A DNA stretch of 64,000 nucleotides from an uncultured bacterium (lineage in GTDB: Bacteria; Fidelibacterota; Marinisomatia; Marinisomatales; TCS56). A model generated the notes under the pieces. That model did not search any database. It was given only the letters and a program-made list of their open reading frames with translations, and had not been told where the DNA came from. Below, in pieces: positions 50,936 through 59,613 of the stretch. The DNA lies in contig CAYPJE010000006.1 of NCBI GenBank assembly GCA_964410945.1, positions 2,469 through 66,468 on the forward strand, read 5' to 3'. The number at the start of each line of letters is the position of its first letter. Within the stretch, counting starts at the first letter, position 1. The position numbers and the translations under genes were made by a program.

Positions 50936-51883
50936 TTAATAATTTTGATAGGAATACCTGGTTACCGTCTGAAGGGAATCTTCATCAAATATAACCATAT
51001 AGTACTGATCTTCAATCAGGCGACCGTTTTCATCATAGATGTATTTATTCTTTGTGCTGTTGATAGTCCATGTTTTCAAATTCACGTCTGATTGGATATA
51101 TTGTTCCATTCGGTCTTTATCATCATAAGAATATGAACGATCCTGACTTACACGACCATTTCTGATGGTCATATCAGTGATAAGTCGGGCCTGGTCATCG
51201 TAAGTCTGCAAGCGGGCAAAATTCATGGTGTCGCCAGGGGAATAGAAATATTCGCGCTTCAGATAGAATTCGTTGATGTAATTATACTGTTCTCTATATA
51301 TCAACGTCCCATCAGATCGATATCGCAGGCATTGAGACCGATTGCCGTTATTATTATATTCGTAAATCTGAGAGAATTTCAATTCATCGTCAATATAATC
51401 GTAAGTCCCTGTCAACAAACGTCTATTGTTGTAGATCAACACTCTTTTTTTTATACTGTTATTTTTATCTTTAGACCTGATCCGTTCAATAAGATTTCCC
51501 CACTCATCATATTTATATCGATAATTAACAATCAACTCACCATTACCGGTAAAACTGGACTCTGTGGTTAGTAGCGACCGATCATCATAAACTGCTTCCC
51601 GGTACCACAACAATGAATCATTAAGACCATACCACTGCAACACGATACTGTTACCGCGAATATCATAATGTTCAATTAACTGATTATACTTTACATTCCT
51701 CGGAATATTTTTTATCCTCATTTCAACCGGAGTTAATACAGTATCACCGCTGGAAATTGTCACATCATAAATTTTGGCAACGCGAATTTTCACACCGGAA
51801 TATGGATCTACATCTTCTGTACTGGAACAGCTTACAAGTAATATCAAAACCACTAATTTCAAGATATTAATAATTATTCCCAA
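50936..51883 (-). CDS. Putative lipoprotein with YD/Rhs-like repeats, no toxin tail
   Basis: Lipobox LVSC; repeated Y.YD..G(N/R) units (YKYDEWGN, YEYNNNGN, YIYDENGR). Confidence 0.65.
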   Translation of the reverse strand: MGIIINILKLVVLILLVSCSSTEDVDPYSGVKIRVAKIYDVTISSGDTVLTPVEMRIKNIPRNVKYNQLIEHYDIRGNSIVLQWYGLNDSLLWYREAVYDDRSLLTTESSFTGNGELIVNYRYKYDEWGNLIERIRSKDKNNSIKKRVLIYNNRRLLTGTYDYIDDELKFSQIYEYNNNGNRSQCLRYRSDGTLIYREQYNYINEFYLKREYFYSPGDTMNFARLQTYDDQARLITDMTIRNGRVSQDRSYSYDDKDRMEQYIQSDVNLKTWTINSTKNKYIYDENGRLIEDQYYMVIFDEDSLQTVTRYSYQNY

Positions 51884-52020
51884 TAGCTTGAATCCTGTAG
51901 TCCTTTCTGCTGGGGTGGAGAATGTCGATCCAATGTAGTTCCTTTGCCAAGGTATGCAAGTTTACCTTTCCATGAAATATAATAACAACAATAAATGCTT
52001 TCTACATGAAATTCAAACAC

Positions 52021-52533
52021 CTATCCTATTATTCTGGGAACCCACATCGGGACTTCCCGCATATACAGGCGATAATCTTCTCCGAACCGCTCCAATAGTA
52101 ATTTTTCTTCATACCGACAGATAATACGGAAAAACATTATAGCCAGCGCCAGGATTATCAAGGCAATTACCGACATATCAATCAGCAGCAAACCTCCATA
52201 CAGAATTATTTCACTGACATACATCGGATGGCGAATATGGTTATATACACCTTTCCGAATTACAGCAGGAATCTCACGCACTTCTCCAAATACTATTTGG
52301 TAGCTTTTCCAAGCCAGCACTCCTGCCCCGATTAACAACAGGATACCAATCGGAACCCGGATATATCCATCCATGAAATTATTCAGGGTTGTACTGTATT
52401 CTGGGAATATGGGATCGGTCAGCCAGGCAGCAAAGAAAAGGACCAAGACCACCAACTGACCAGCATCCCCAATTTTATGTTCTCCGGTCAGATCATCACG
52501 GGCATGATGGCCGGATCTTTGAGTACTACGCAA
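52021..52533 (-). CDS. Isoprenylcysteine carboxylmethyltransferase/PEMT family membrane protein
   Basis: GVYNHIRHPMY, EEKLLLERFGEDYRLYMREVPMWVP. Confidence 0.88.
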   Translation of the reverse strand: MRSTQRSGHHARDDLTGEHKIGDAGQLVVLVLFFAAWLTDPIFPEYSTTLNNFMDGYIRVPIGILLLIGAGVLAWKSYQIVFGEVREIPAVIRKGVYNHIRHPMYVSEIILYGGLLLIDMSVIALIILALAIMFFRIICRYEEKLLLERFGEDYRLYMREVPMWVPRIIG

Positions 52534-52539
52534 TATGAA

Positions 52540-53040
52540 TTACCCGATCTGCTGGTATTTTTCAGCTTTCAAACCACAGATGGGACAGCTATCTTCCGGT
52601 TTACCGATTTCAATATGTCCGCAGACCGGGCAGAGATAGATATCGCCAACCGGCAGATCCTTACCCTGCTGAACAGCTTCCAGCGCCAGGCGGTATAATT
52701 CGGCGTGTACTGCTTCTGCTTCAATCGCATAGCCAAACATCCGACGAGCCTTGTGATTTTCCTTTTCAGCCTGTTCAAGCATCGGTGGATACATCTGCTC
52801 AAACTCATATGTTTCACCATCGATGGCTGCTAACAGGTTATCAAGGGTTGAACCGATTCCATCCATGGCCTTCAAATGACCGGCAGCGTGAATACGTTCC
52901 GCTTCGGCAGTAGTTCGGAAAAGCTGGGCAATATTCGGGAATCCATCTCTAACAGCTTTAGCCGCGAAGGCTGTGTATTTCTGGAAGGCCTGGCTCTCAC
53001 CGGCAAATGCTGTTTTGAGGTTATTCTTGGTATCAGACAT
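52540..53040 (-). CDS. rbr: Rubrerythrin
   Basis: AFAGES, EAERIHA, GETYE, EAVH, CPVCGH...CPICG. Confidence 0.93.
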   Translation of the reverse strand: MSDTKNNLKTAFAGESQAFQKYTAFAAKAVRDGFPNIAQLFRTTAEAERIHAAGHLKAMDGIGSTLDNLLAAIDGETYEFEQMYPPMLEQAEKENHKARRMFGYAIEAEAVHAELYRLALEAVQQGKDLPVGDIYLCPVCGHIEIGKPEDSCPICGLKAEKYQQIG

Positions 53041-53507
53041 CAGGTTTTCTCCTCATTTATTCCTGTGGTCAATTTACATAAATATTTTACATTGATTTCC
53101 ATACCCGGGGCATCGGACGGTCGTTTCTGAAAACCGAATTTCTCATAGAACAGTCTGGTATCCCGGGCGGCGAATAACTGAATGTCACGGATTTTATGGT
53201 CCCGGCATTTTTCAATCAGGCGATTTAAAATATTCCCGGCAATCCCCCTTCTCCGGTATTCCGGGTCCACGATCAAATCCAGAATCAGGGCATGAACACT
53301 TCCATCGCAAATAATTCGCCCACTACCCACAAGTTGAGTACCTGAATATGCATAAATATAATACCAGCTGTTCTTTACAGCATCAAATAACCGCTCGGCA
53401 TCTAAACAATAATTCTCATTCCATCCCGTAGTTAAAAATAATTTAAACAGAGCCTGTTTGGGCGGTAATTCTTCCCGATATAGAATATTTTCAGTTATGG
53501 CAGCCAT
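53040..53507 (-). CDS. GNAT family N-acetyltransferase
   Basis: DLIVDPEYRRRGIAG, FYEKFGF. Confidence 0.88.
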   Translation of the reverse strand: MAAITENILYREELPPKQALFKLFLTTGWNENYCLDAERLFDAVKNSWYYIYAYSGTQLVGSGRIICDGSVHALILDLIVDPEYRRRGIAGNILNRLIEKCRDHKIRDIQLFAARDTRLFYEKFGFQKRPSDAPGMEINVKYLCKLTTGINEEKT

Positions 53508-54811
53508 ACCCCAAACAAAGTGGCGTACATCATTCTATAGATATCGGTATTGTCGACGTTATTCGGTAATAGATGGGCATTTAGCCCGTGGGCTTTGGCC
53601 ACTACACCACCGGCACCATCACCACCCTGGGCCCATCGGACACTGAAGTACATGGTTCTCCCAAACTGATCCGGCTGAGCAATAAATGGCGGAGTCCCAG
53701 TGCCATTCTGGCCATCAATTGGAGCACCGTTGGGATCATTGGGCAGTAACGGCTGCGTAAATGATAAAGTATCGCGGACACCCATCACCTCCATGCCACC
53801 GGCATCACTGTCAGCCGCTGTGATTAACAATGTCCGTGGATTTTCGGCTACATAATCTCTGGCAATACCAATAGCTTCGTCGGCCCGGTGCAACGCCTCC
53901 AGGGCACCCCGGGCGTTATTGTAATTGGAAAAATTATCTGTTCCTTCCTCTTCCACAACCATCAGAAACGGTTTCCCTTTATGGTGCAGTATTTCAAGTG
54001 CTTTAGATGTCATTTCGGCCAGGGTTGGAGCGGCCGGGTTGAATAATTCCAATCCAAGGGAATCCAATTTCTCTTCACTGTTATCATTAAAGGTATGCAG
54101 GGCGGCAAATACGCCAAAGACGCGGTCGGTACTGGCTGGCAAAGCCATCAATTCAGCCGTTGTATAAACCACTTCATAACCCAGCGCCTGGGCTTCCATG
54201 ATCAGGTTTTTTCCATCCTGCCGGCGCCCCGGTTCACCATGACGGCCAGTAATTTCCGGTGGTAACAGCAGAACTTCACCACCAGACAGAATAATGTCGG
54301 CGCCACTGTTTATAATCTGCTCTGATATCTGATCGGTAAATAGCCGGCTGGTATAGTTGGACATAAACGCACCGGAACCGGGCTCACATAAATGGCCACT
54401 GTTGATTATGGCCGTGGATATACCGGCGGCCTGGGCTTCACCCATGACACTGAAATCCTTACCCGAAAGTGACTTGAATGGTTTTTCAGGATTTATGCCA
54501 TAAGCCAGATAATCGGCTTTTACTCCCAGGGCATGAACTGTGGCCGCTCCATTGGAAGAGCTGGATAACGAGTTGGTCAAATGGCCCCGATAAACTCCCA
54601 ATTCATCCAGTTGATCCCAGTTGAGCATCCCATCCGGACCCACCTTCAACATTCTCAGGGCCCCCCACATGGCAACACCACTGCCGTCGGGATGGATGAA
54701 AATGGCACTGCCAATCTTAATTCTTTTTAACCTGCCACCCTGCACCAGGTTAACTGCACACAGGCTGAACAGGATGGAGAATGTTATCAATACTTTAATT
54801 GTTCTATTCAT
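53495..54811 (-). CDS. Alkaline phosphatase superfamily protein with atypical metal ligands
   Basis: Signal peptide; FIHPDG, SSNGAAT, ILSGGE, VEEEGTDN, AADSD, VDNTDI. Confidence 0.8.
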   Translation of the reverse strand: MNRTIKVLITFSILFSLCAVNLVQGGRLKRIKIGSAIFIHPDGSGVAMWGALRMLKVGPDGMLNWDQLDELGVYRGHLTNSLSSSSNGAATVHALGVKADYLAYGINPEKPFKSLSGKDFSVMGEAQAAGISTAIINSGHLCEPGSGAFMSNYTSRLFTDQISEQIINSGADIILSGGEVLLLPPEITGRHGEPGRRQDGKNLIMEAQALGYEVVYTTAELMALPASTDRVFGVFAALHTFNDNSEEKLDSLGLELFNPAAPTLAEMTSKALEILHHKGKPFLMVVEEEGTDNFSNYNNARGALEALHRADEAIGIARDYVAENPRTLLITAADSDAGGMEVMGVRDTLSFTQPLLPNDPNGAPIDGQNGTGTPPFIAQPDQFGRTMYFSVRWAQGGDGAGGVVAKAHGLNAHLLPNNVDNTDIYRMMYATLFGVWLP

Positions 54812-54832
54812 TGTGATCCCGCTTATCAGTAA

Positions 54833-55756
54833 TTACTGTCCGGCTACATCGCCGATTATATTTCTCAACAATCCGTTATTTTCTGCAATCAATTCCCGGG
54901 CAGCAATTTTATCGCAGTCTTTCATAACCATAACAATGGCTGTCTTGACCTCTTTATCGGCGGCAAATAAGCTATCCCTGGCCGCCTCGTATTCCAGTCC
55001 CGTTAATTGCTGAATGATCCGGGAACCACGATCCACCAGTTTTTTATTAACCGCTGACAGATCGACCATCAGGTTGCCGTAGACCTTGCCGATTTTTATC
55101 ATCGTAGTAGTAGAAATCATATTTATGACCATCTTGGTGGCTGTCCCTGATTTCATTCTGGTCGAACCGGTCAAAATTTCCGAACCGACATCCACTGCGA
55201 TTAATACATCAACACCGATGCTGATCAACGGCTTCGGATTACAAATTAAATATACTGTCCCGGCCCCGTTGCTTCCAGCCCATTCCAGCCCGCGAACTAC
55301 ATAGGGCGTGGCACTGCTGCTGGCAATTCCGATCAGGACATCATTGGAATTGAAGCCAGCGGCTTTCAGATCACGGACAGCGTCTTCCGGCTCATCCTCG
55401 GCACCTTCAATCGAGCGCACCAGGGCATCGCTGCCACCGGCAATCACACCTTGGAACCAGTTCCGTGGTGCGGAAAAGGTCGGTGGGATTTCAGAGGCAT
55501 CCAGTACTCCCAGCCGGCCACTTGTACCGGCTCCGATATAGAACACTCGGCCACCATTTCTGATGGCATTAACAGTTAATTCAGTAGCTCTGGTAATCTC
55601 AGGTAAAACTGCTCTTACTTTCCCGGCCAGAGTCTGGTCTTCCTGGTTGATAATGGACAGTATATCAGAGATTGGTTTTTTATCGATTCCAATGGAATTC
55701 GGATTCTGTTTTTCGGTCTGTAAATCTTTTCGCGCTTTGGGTTGTGTATTTTCCAT
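54833..55756 (-). CDS. murQ: N-acetylmuramic acid 6-phosphate etherase
   Basis: TEKQNP, GAGTSGRLGVLDASE, TGSTRMKSGTATK, GKVYGNLMVD. Confidence 0.95.
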   Translation of the reverse strand: MENTQPKARKDLQTEKQNPNSIGIDKKPISDILSIINQEDQTLAGKVRAVLPEITRATELTVNAIRNGGRVFYIGAGTSGRLGVLDASEIPPTFSAPRNWFQGVIAGGSDALVRSIEGAEDEPEDAVRDLKAAGFNSNDVLIGIASSSATPYVVRGLEWAGSNGAGTVYLICNPKPLISIGVDVLIAVDVGSEILTGSTRMKSGTATKMVINMISTTTMIKIGKVYGNLMVDLSAVNKKLVDRGSRIIQQLTGLEYEAARDSLFAADKEVKTAIVMVMKDCDKIAARELIAENNGLLRNIIGDVAGQ

Positions 55757-55860
55757 GGTTGAATTTAGAATCATTAACTAATACGGTTTCACCACTAATT
55801 CACATAAATCTCAAAACATAATCCCGATGGAATTTCCCCCAGAAGCATTAATATTGCCCT

Positions 55861-56154
55861 ATGATCAAATCACCACCAGTAGCCTTATTGGTTATCGAGT
55901 TACACATTCCGGCTGCTCAATCTTTAAAGGACAAACGGCGGATAGTCAAAAGCATAAAAGACCGAATTGGTAGACATTACAATGTGTCCATTGCAGAAAT
56001 TGGTGAAGCGGAAAAATGGCAATCGGCTGCACTGGCAATCACCGCTGTTGGTAATGATCGCCGTATATTAGGAAGTAATATGCAGAAGATTCGGAACAAT
56101 ATCGATAATGACCATGCTGCAGAAATAATCAATCAGTCACTGGAGTTTATCTGA
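55861..56154 (+). CDS. DUF503 family protein
   Basis: SLKDKRRIVKSIKDRI...YNVSIAE..E...WQSA. Confidence 0.9.
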   Translation: MIKSPPVALLVIELHIPAAQSLKDKRRIVKSIKDRIGRHYNVSIAEIGEAEKWQSAALAITAVGNDRRILGSNMQKIRNNIDNDHAAEIINQSLEFI

Positions 56155-57044
56155 TGGGCTGGCAGAATCTTATCATTTCCTGCCAAAACTTTGATCCGCA
56201 TCTGCTTTCTGATTTCCTCGTTGCCAAAGGGGCTCTGGCAGTATCCATAATCAATACCAATCCTGACAGCCGGGAAAAGGATAAATGGTTCGATGATCCG
56301 AATCGGCCTGATTTTATTGATCGTGATACTGCCGAAGTGGCAGCGATATTCCCCCAGAACAGCCCCATCGATGAACTAATTGAGGCTGTCCGTAATAATT
56401 TTTCAATGGTCGATTTACCCCTATACCGCGTCGAAACATTACCGGACCAGGATTGGGTCAGCAGTACCCAGAAACTGTCGACTGCACAGAAAATCAGTGA
56501 CCGGATCTGGATTGTTCCAACCTGGGAAGCTGTCAAGGAAGAAAAGGCTGTTAATATCCGATTAGATCCGGGCCTGGCATTTGGTAGCGGTACTCACCCT
56601 ACCACCCGGCTGTGCCTGAAATGGCTGGAAAACAATGTCAGCGGTGGCGATTGTGTTCTTGATTATGGCTGCGGATCCGGTATTCTGGCCATAGCAGCGC
56701 TGAAATTGGGGGCGGAGGAATGTATCGGAATAGATATTGACCAGCAGGCACTGGAAAGTACGTACAACAATGCCCGCATTAATCAGGTTAAAATCAAAAC
56801 ATTTCTACCGGAAGATGAACCGCCCCGGCAATACAACAGTATAATCGCAAATATCCTGGCAAACCCGTTAATGGAATTGGCTGAGTTATTTGCCACACGA
56901 TTAAAGGTAAATGGTACAATTGCCCTGTCCGGTATCCTTGATTCACAGATTGAGGCAGTGCAGCAAGCCTATGGCCGGCACTTCAGCAATATGAAGGTCG
57001 AAAAAGAAGAGGGCTGGGCTCTGATCAGTGCGAAACTAAGTTAA
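56154..57044 (+). CDS. prmA: Ribosomal protein L11 methyltransferase
   Basis: DQDW, LDPGLAFGSGTHPTT, DYGCGSGILA, ANILA, LSGIL. Confidence 0.95.
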   Translation: MGWQNLIISCQNFDPHLLSDFLVAKGALAVSIINTNPDSREKDKWFDDPNRPDFIDRDTAEVAAIFPQNSPIDELIEAVRNNFSMVDLPLYRVETLPDQDWVSSTQKLSTAQKISDRIWIVPTWEAVKEEKAVNIRLDPGLAFGSGTHPTTRLCLKWLENNVSGGDCVLDYGCGSGILAIAALKLGAEECIGIDIDQQALESTYNNARINQVKIKTFLPEDEPPRQYNSIIANILANPLMELAELFATRLKVNGTIALSGILDSQIEAVQQAYGRHFSNMKVEKEEGWALISAKLS

Positions 57045-57116
57045 TACTTCCGGCATAATAATTCTCATATCCGAATATCTAATTAAATTCAGGCCTTGAA
57101 AACAGGCAGGAAATAA

Positions 57117-58205
57117 TTGAAAAAACTTGATCTTTATTTAGCCCGTCAATTTCTGACCATCTGGGTTATGGCCCTGCTGGGTTTCATCTGTGTATTTATA
57201 ATCGTTGACATAATTGAAAACCTGGATGATTTCATCGATAATTCTGTTCCGTTCGGAATTGTATTACGCTATTATTTCTATTACCTGCCCTGGTTTTTCA
57301 ATATCGGGTTACCCATGTCCACCTTGATTGCAACCGTCTTTTCGATCGGGCTAACGGCTAAACGCAATGAATTGACTGCCATGAAAGCAACCGGTATCAG
57401 CCTTTACCGAATGTCTGTCCCATTGATTCTGCTTGGTTTTCTGATCAGCTGTATTTCATTTGTATTTGAAGATCAATTCGTTATAGCGGGAAATGCCAGC
57501 CGCTCCGCGATTAAACAGGAATACATAAAAAAAGCCAAGAAAAAGAAAAAAGACCGGCGGGAAAACATTTTTTTGCAACGGGCCGAAAAATATCATATTG
57601 CCCTCGGACAGTATAATTTCAACACCAAAATCGCCAATTCAGCCACGGTCCAGGTAATGGAACTGGATAAGGTTTTTGAACGAATTGACCTGCAACAGAT
57701 TGCCTGGGTTGATTCAGTCGAAAGCTGGTCAGCTAATCAATATTCTATCCGCCGGTTTACACCTGATGGTGAAGAACAGGAAGTCATCGTCGCCACCCGG
57801 GACACGTTATTCAACCTGGGCTTTGTTCCGGCTGATATCGAACGTAAATCTTCATCACCCGACGAATTAAACTATCGCGACCTGAAAGAGTTTATTGCCC
57901 AGCTTGAAGACAATGGTGTTGATACAACCCGGTGGGAAGTAGTCCTTAATTTCAAGGTGTCATTTGCCTTTACCAGTTTGATCCTGGTTTTGTTTGGCAT
58001 TCCCCTCGTATTGATCAAACCCAAGAGTGGCCTTACCTTTGGTGCGGGAATGAGCGTCCTGGTAATATTTGCCTATTATGCTTTTATCAAATTCGGGCAA
58101 TCAATGGGTTATAAGGATCTACTCGATCCGTGGCTCTCAGCCTGGATCGGGAATATGGTCTTCTCGACAGGGGGAATAATTCTACTGATCAGCGTTCGGA
58201 AATAA
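57117..58205 (+). CDS. LptF/LptG family LPS export permease
   Basis: TTG start; KKLDLYLAR, NELTAMKATGISL, PWLSAWIGN. Confidence 0.9.
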   Translation: MKKLDLYLARQFLTIWVMALLGFICVFIIVDIIENLDDFIDNSVPFGIVLRYYFYYLPWFFNIGLPMSTLIATVFSIGLTAKRNELTAMKATGISLYRMSVPLILLGFLISCISFVFEDQFVIAGNASRSAIKQEYIKKAKKKKKDRRENIFLQRAEKYHIALGQYNFNTKIANSATVQVMELDKVFERIDLQQIAWVDSVESWSANQYSIRRFTPDGEEQEVIVATRDTLFNLGFVPADIERKSSSPDELNYRDLKEFIAQLEDNGVDTTRWEVVLNFKVSFAFTSLILVLFGIPLVLIKPKSGLTFGAGMSVLVIFAYYAFIKFGQSMGYKDLLDPWLSAWIGNMVFSTGGIILLISVRK

Positions 58206-58209
58206 CCGC

Positions 58210-59613
58210 TTAACCTTCCGGTTCTGGTGTATCTTCTTTCCGGCTTTTAAAACTGGTAATTGTCAAACCCAATGATATGTTAAGGCCTTTCATTGTATGT
58301 ACCCACAATCCATTTCGGAAAGCCAGTCCAAAATCAAAAATCATCGGCCCCTTGTGGATTCCGAATCCCATGCCCATTTCTTTAAAATCAGCACCGCCCC
58401 AGGAATAGCCCAGGCGGATAGGCACGGTCGGGTTGCGGACGAGCTCCGCCCCAATTGACCATTTCCAGCTGTCGCGGGAGAAAAAGCGATCCTCAAACCC
58501 GGCCACCAGATCTGATACCAGCAATACATCCGGATAGCGCTTGGAAACCGATACCCGGAACTGAGCCGGGTAGCGGGTACTGAATTTTTTCAGGTTTCCC
58601 TTATCATCAAGGTCATAAATAATCTGGTCCTTGGTAGGATTGGAATAAAATATTGAGTCATTCGACATGGTGGTGGCATTGAGCGAATCTATGGTATAAA
58701 TATATTTAACAGCCATGCTGTCATTCAGTATTTCACCACCCCAGGTGAAATGGAACAGATCATCCTTATTACCATAGATGTTATCGCTGCCAGCCAACAG
58801 GTTTTTAATCATACCGGACTGATTCCAGTTGATCTTCCCCACTGCATTTATCAGAGAAACACCTATCCGCCAGCCTTCCATTTCACGGGTTGTGAAACCC
58901 AGGTCCAGACCGAGGCCACTGCCACCAATCCCCTGTCGCATATAATAAACGCCGGTACCATACATGGATGAAGGCTCGGTGACCAAATTTGCATAACTGG
59001 AATCGGGATCGATACCGAAATAGAATAATCCCTGCAAGTATTTGATAGTCATTCCCCAGGCAAAATCATCATTGGGAATGGCGAAGGAAAAACCGAATTC
59101 ATTGACACCCAGGATATCCATCCCCAGGGTCATGTCAATATCCTGTCCAACCGGGTTGCCGTTCAATAACAAACTCATGACACCGGTTGGTAAGGTAGCA
59201 TCGGCCAGAATGACCATATTGGACGTCAGCGCCATGTTACCGGAAGCATAATTCAGGGCCGGTATCGGCAGGTGCATATCGGTATACAGATTCAGCCCGC
59301 CGCTGCGCTCCAGATCATTGAGAATCTGGTCTTTGACGGTTTGTGTCAGGGTATCACCACTGATCTCGTTCAAATTTGACAACGATATATAATTACTGAC
59401 CAAGCCGAAATCCAGACCAACCAGTTGCAACATAAATGGTTTATCCTGCTGAAAGGCCAGCAGGGCCGGATTATACCCAACGGCGAAAATCCCGTCAGCC
59501 ACCGAACCATAAGATCCGGCCAGACCTACGGCGCGCGGATCACGTTTCACCTGTCCTGATAGAATCGTGCAGGTCAGTGCCAGACTCAGCAATGTCAAAA
59601 TGATCCGCCTCAT
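58210..59613 (-). CDS. Secreted outer-membrane beta-barrel-like protein (DUF5723/FadL-like)
   Basis: Signal peptide; DPRAVGLAG...YNPA N-terminal motif, GLGLDLG, amphipathic strands at the C-terminus. Confidence 0.6.
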   Translation of the reverse strand: MRRIILTLLSLALTCTILSGQVKRDPRAVGLAGSYGSVADGIFAVGYNPALLAFQQDKPFMLQLVGLDFGLVSNYISLSNLNEISGDTLTQTVKDQILNDLERSGGLNLYTDMHLPIPALNYASGNMALTSNMVILADATLPTGVMSLLLNGNPVGQDIDMTLGMDILGVNEFGFSFAIPNDDFAWGMTIKYLQGLFYFGIDPDSSYANLVTEPSSMYGTGVYYMRQGIGGSGLGLDLGFTTREMEGWRIGVSLINAVGKINWNQSGMIKNLLAGSDNIYGNKDDLFHFTWGGEILNDSMAVKYIYTIDSLNATTMSNDSIFYSNPTKDQIIYDLDDKGNLKKFSTRYPAQFRVSVSKRYPDVLLVSDLVAGFEDRFFSRDSWKWSIGAELVRNPTVPIRLGYSWGGADFKEMGMGFGIHKGPMIFDFGLAFRNGLWVHTMKGLNISLGLTITSFKSRKEDTPEPEG

